Assembly: GCA_028748925.1 (NCBI GenBank)
Contig: JAQTPE010000003.1
Location: 1-47,141 of the forward strand
Length of the DNA: 47,141 nucleotides
Reading direction: 5' to 3'
Origin: Candidatus Omnitrophota bacterium
GTDB taxonomy: Bacteria > Omnitrophota > Gorgyraeia > 2-01-FULL-45-10
Notes under the pieces: model-generated
Databases searched by the model: none
Told to the model about the DNA's origin: nothing
The model's input: only the letters and a program-made list of their open reading frames with translations
Made by a program: the position numbers and the translations under genes
Shown: positions 44,485 to 47,141 of the stretch, piece by piece
Layout of the letters: each line of letters starts with the position of its first letter
How positions within the stretch are numbered: position 1 is the first letter of the stretch

Positions 44485-46191
44485 ATGGCCGGAGTGGACA
44501 GAAGGCGTATCGGCGATATACTGATAGAAGATGGCATGATTACGCCCGAACAACTGAATGAGGCCCTGGAACTTCAAAAAGGGTCGATAGACGATATAGC
44601 TATAGGAGAGGTTCTTATACAGCTCGGGCATCTCTCGGAAGAGGGGCTGTCGTTATCTTTATCTAAAAAACTGAAGATAAAATATCTTTCCTTCAGTGAT
44701 TATTCGCTCGAGATAAGATACGACCAGGGGCTCGACAAACTTATAGGAGAAGAGTTCGCGAGAATGCATCTCGTCCTGCCTATATCAAAGACCCAAAAAG
44801 CGATCTCGATCTCGATGTGGGATCCGCTCAATTTTGTCTGCATAGATAATATAAAAAGGATGACGCTCCTTGATGTTACGGTGTATTGCAGTACGAAAAA
44901 GGATATACTCGAGGGTATCGAAAGGCTTTATGTATTGAAAGGGCCGCCCGTGAACGGCTATGCGGCATCCGCGATAACGGTGGACCAGAAGCCGCCGGTA
45001 GCGAGAAAAGAGGAGGTCGAACAGCTTAAGATGAAGGCCTCCGAGCCGCCCATTATAAAATTGGTCAATATGATAATCCAGCGCGCCATTAAAGATAAGG
45101 CCAGCGATATACATATAGAGCCGACTGAAACCGGTATCGATATAAGATACAGGATAGACGGTATATTATACGCCATAGATACGCCATCCAAAGACATGTA
45201 CGCGCCGATAGTATCGAGAATAAAGATACTATCGCGGCTTGACATAGCGGAAAAGCGTCTGCCGCAGGACGGCGGTTTCTCTATAAAGATAGATAACAGA
45301 ACCGTCGATTTTCGCGTATCTACCATACCGACGATATACGGTGAAAAAATAGTCATAAGGATCCTGGATAAAGAAAAGATGGGATTCGATCTTAGCTCTA
45401 TCGGAATGTCAAAGCCGGATTTCCTCAAAGTCTCTACGGCCATAAAGAAACCTTACGGACTGATCTTTATAACAGGCCCCACAGGAAGCGGAAAGACGAC
45501 GACGCTCTACTGCATACTCAACTCTATAAAATCGCCTCAAAAGAATTTGATCACTATAGAAGATCCTGTGGAATACAAGATAGAGGGTGTTAACCAGGTC
45601 CAGGAGATGTCGAGTATAGGATTGAGCTTCGGCCGCGGCCTTCGGGCATTCCTGCGGCAGGATCCGGATATAATCATGGTTGGCGAGGTCAGGGACCTGG
45701 AGACGGCCGAAATGGCGGTGCGCTCCGCGCTTGTAGGAAGGCTCATATTGAGCACTCTGCATACAAACGACGCCGTCGGCGCCATATCGAGACTTCTCGA
45801 TATGGGCATAGAACCGTTTCTCGTAAGTTCGACGCTGATAATGGTTATAGCCCAGAGGCTTGTGCGCAGGCTCTGCCCCGAGTGTAAAAAACGCGTCAAA
45901 AATATCGATAAAACCACCATCGATAAATATAAACTCGCCGGCGCAACGCTTTATGAGCCTAAAGGATGCTCCAAGTGCAATAATCGCGGGTTCTCCGGCA
46001 GGATCGCTGTATTCGAAATATTGATAGCCGACCCGGAGATACAGGAGCTTATAGAGAAGAGGGCCGACATAACGGTCATAAAAAGCGCTCTTATAAAAAA
46101 AGGGATGAAGCTGCTTCGCGACGACGCGATGGAAAAGGTTCGTGAGGGCCAGACAACATTGAATGAAGCCATAATAGCTACAATGGAGTGA
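44485..46191 (+). CDS. type IV pilus/T2SS assembly ATPase (PilB/GspE/MshE family) with MshEN-type N-domain
   Basis: 568 aa; Walker A GPTGSGKTTT, Asp/His boxes, tetracysteine CPEC...CSKC, N-terminal RIGDILIEDGMITPEQLNEALELQ. Confidence 0.93.
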   Translation: MAGVDRRRIGDILIEDGMITPEQLNEALELQKGSIDDIAIGEVLIQLGHLSEEGLSLSLSKKLKIKYLSFSDYSLEIRYDQGLDKLIGEEFARMHLVLPISKTQKAISISMWDPLNFVCIDNIKRMTLLDVTVYCSTKKDILEGIERLYVLKGPPVNGYAASAITVDQKPPVARKEEVEQLKMKASEPPIIKLVNMIIQRAIKDKASDIHIEPTETGIDIRYRIDGILYAIDTPSKDMYAPIVSRIKILSRLDIAEKRLPQDGGFSIKIDNRTVDFRVSTIPTIYGEKIVIRILDKEKMGFDLSSIGMSKPDFLKVSTAIKKPYGLIFITGPTGSGKTTTLYCILNSIKSPQKNLITIEDPVEYKIEGVNQVQEMSSIGLSFGRGLRAFLRQDPDIIMVGEVRDLETAEMAVRSALVGRLILSTLHTNDAVGAISRLLDMGIEPFLVSSTLIMVIAQRLVRRLCPECKKRVKNIDKTTIDKYKLAGATLYEPKGCSKCNNRGFSGRIAVFEILIADPEIQELIEKRADITVIKSALIKKGMKLLRDDAMEKVREGQTTLNEAIIATME

Positions 46192-46194
46192 TGG

Positions 46195-47121
46195 ATGCCG
46201 TATTATATATATACAGCGCGCGATAAAAAAGGCAGGCAGGTGAAGAGCCAGGGTTTTGCCGTAACCAAGCAGCAGCTTATAAAGAATCTTCAGGAAGACG
46301 GTTTCCTGATACTTTCTATGAAAGAGACGTCGGCGGCGGCGGATTACAAAAAAATATCGCTGCATAAGAAGGCGAAGACGAGCGACCTGATACTATTCGC
46401 GAAGGAATTCGCCGTGCTTCTGGAAAACGGCATTCCTATAATGGAAGCCCTCGATGTGCTACTGAAACAGATGAATAGCATTGCCCTGATGAATGCGACG
46501 AGGGCGATAAGAAAAGACCTGGAGAACGGTTCCACGCTCTCTAACGCGATATCGAAACACCCCCATGTCTTCGGTAATCTATGGCAATATCTCACAGAGG
46601 CGGGCGAGGCCTCGGGACAGCTCCCTTTCATCTTAAAACAGATGGTCATGTATATGGAATCGAGCGAGTTGATTCGCAAAAAAACAGTTACAGCATTACT
46701 CTATCCGGGAGTACTCATGCTGGCAGCCATAAGCGCGGTTCTATTATTTACACTTAAGATAGTTCCTATATTTAAAGGCATATATATATCGTTTGGCGCC
46801 CAAAACAAGTTGCCGCCCTTAACTATGTTCATAATCGGTATAAGCGATATCCTGATACATTATTATATGATCATCATCATTATTATAGTTCTATCAGCAT
46901 TGATAGTAAGACAGATAATCGCTACAAAAGCAGGCAAGCGTTTATACGAAAGCATGTTAATGCATACTCCCGCTATAGGTAATCTGTATACGGCGCTGGC
47001 TATAGAGCGGTTTGCGTCTACATTAAAGGTGCTTTTAAAGAGCGGCATACCTATAATTAAAGCTATGGAGATGGCGTCCAGGACTTCCCAGAGTATGCAT
47101 TTCGCGCAGACTATAGAAGAG
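46195..47121 (+). CDS. PilC/GspF platform protein, 3'-truncated by the contig end
   Basis: 309 codons open from ATG 46195 to the adapter junction; not in the ORF track because there is no stop; LILFAKEFAVLLENGIPIMEAL and repeated ...LKSGIPIIKAME are GspF-domain hallmarks. Confidence 0.85.
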
Positions 47122-47141
47122 AGATCGGAAGAGCGTCGTGT
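47122..47141. other. Illumina TruSeq adapter remnant (assembly artefact)
   Basis: AGATCGGAAGAGCGTCGTGT is the first 20 nt of the standard adapter AGATCGGAAGAGCGTCGTGTAGGGAAAGAGTGT. Confidence 0.9.

Noticed and set aside
45409-46365. 318-aa ORF on the minus strand
   Set aside because: It is antisense to the pilus ATPase (Walker A, tetracysteine). Its composition is Arg/Tyr/Phe-rich shadow-frame and it has no translation signals.

Overview
This 47,141-nt contig looks like a short-read metagenome assembly of an uncultivated, probably anaerobic bacterium. Its last 20 nt (47122-47141) are Illumina adapter, not biology. Coding density is high and almost entirely on the + strand. In order it carries trxB, tRNA-Phe, an RlmI-like methyltransferase, an SGNH hydrolase / carbamoyltransferase / SxtJ-like / 52-aa DUF5989-like module, two redox enzymes (ferredoxin-nitroreductase fusion, flavin reductase), small exported proteins, a CxxC-x17-CxxC protein and a PAS protein. 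From about 9.45 to 15.1 kb, a visibly AT-richer ~5.4-kb accessory island lies between two 144-nt direct repeats. Each repeat contains a leader plus the 5' half of tRNA-Thr(CGU). The island cargo is a fused ABC-ATPase/TOPRIM (OLD/PARIS-like) nuclease, an XRE repressor divergent from a CheY-like receiver plus a 67-aa ORF (with three 19-bp palindromic operators), a wHTH-nucleotidyltransferase/HEPN pair, a short SUI1/YciH homologue and an ORF6N protein. No integrase is visible. Core genes resume with an AlkD-like protein, an MFS transporter, an untracked 57-aa Cys-rich ORF, a nine-gene V/A-type ATPase operon, usp, rnfCDGEAB, trxA, purN, eno, ftsB and initiator tRNA-Met. These are followed by a convergent ornithine-decarboxylase/homospermidine-synthase pair, an exported Hsp20, a c-di-GMP-I (GEMM-I) riboswitch with terminator, an orphan exported protein and tRNA-Ser. 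The window ends in a type IV pilus/T2SS-like cluster: two pilin-like genes, a coiled-coil protein, a PilM-PilN fusion, PilO-like, PilP-like, a secretin, an MshEN-type ATPase and a truncated PilC/GspF. I recognised no rRNA, CRISPR array, transposase or recombinase. The best candidates for something new are the integrase-less tRNA-Thr 5'-half island with its XRE/REC/67-aa module, the conserved tRNA-like leader inside the repeats, and the two-level c-di-GMP wiring of the pilus locus. All family assignments come from motif recognition by eye. None was verified by a database search.
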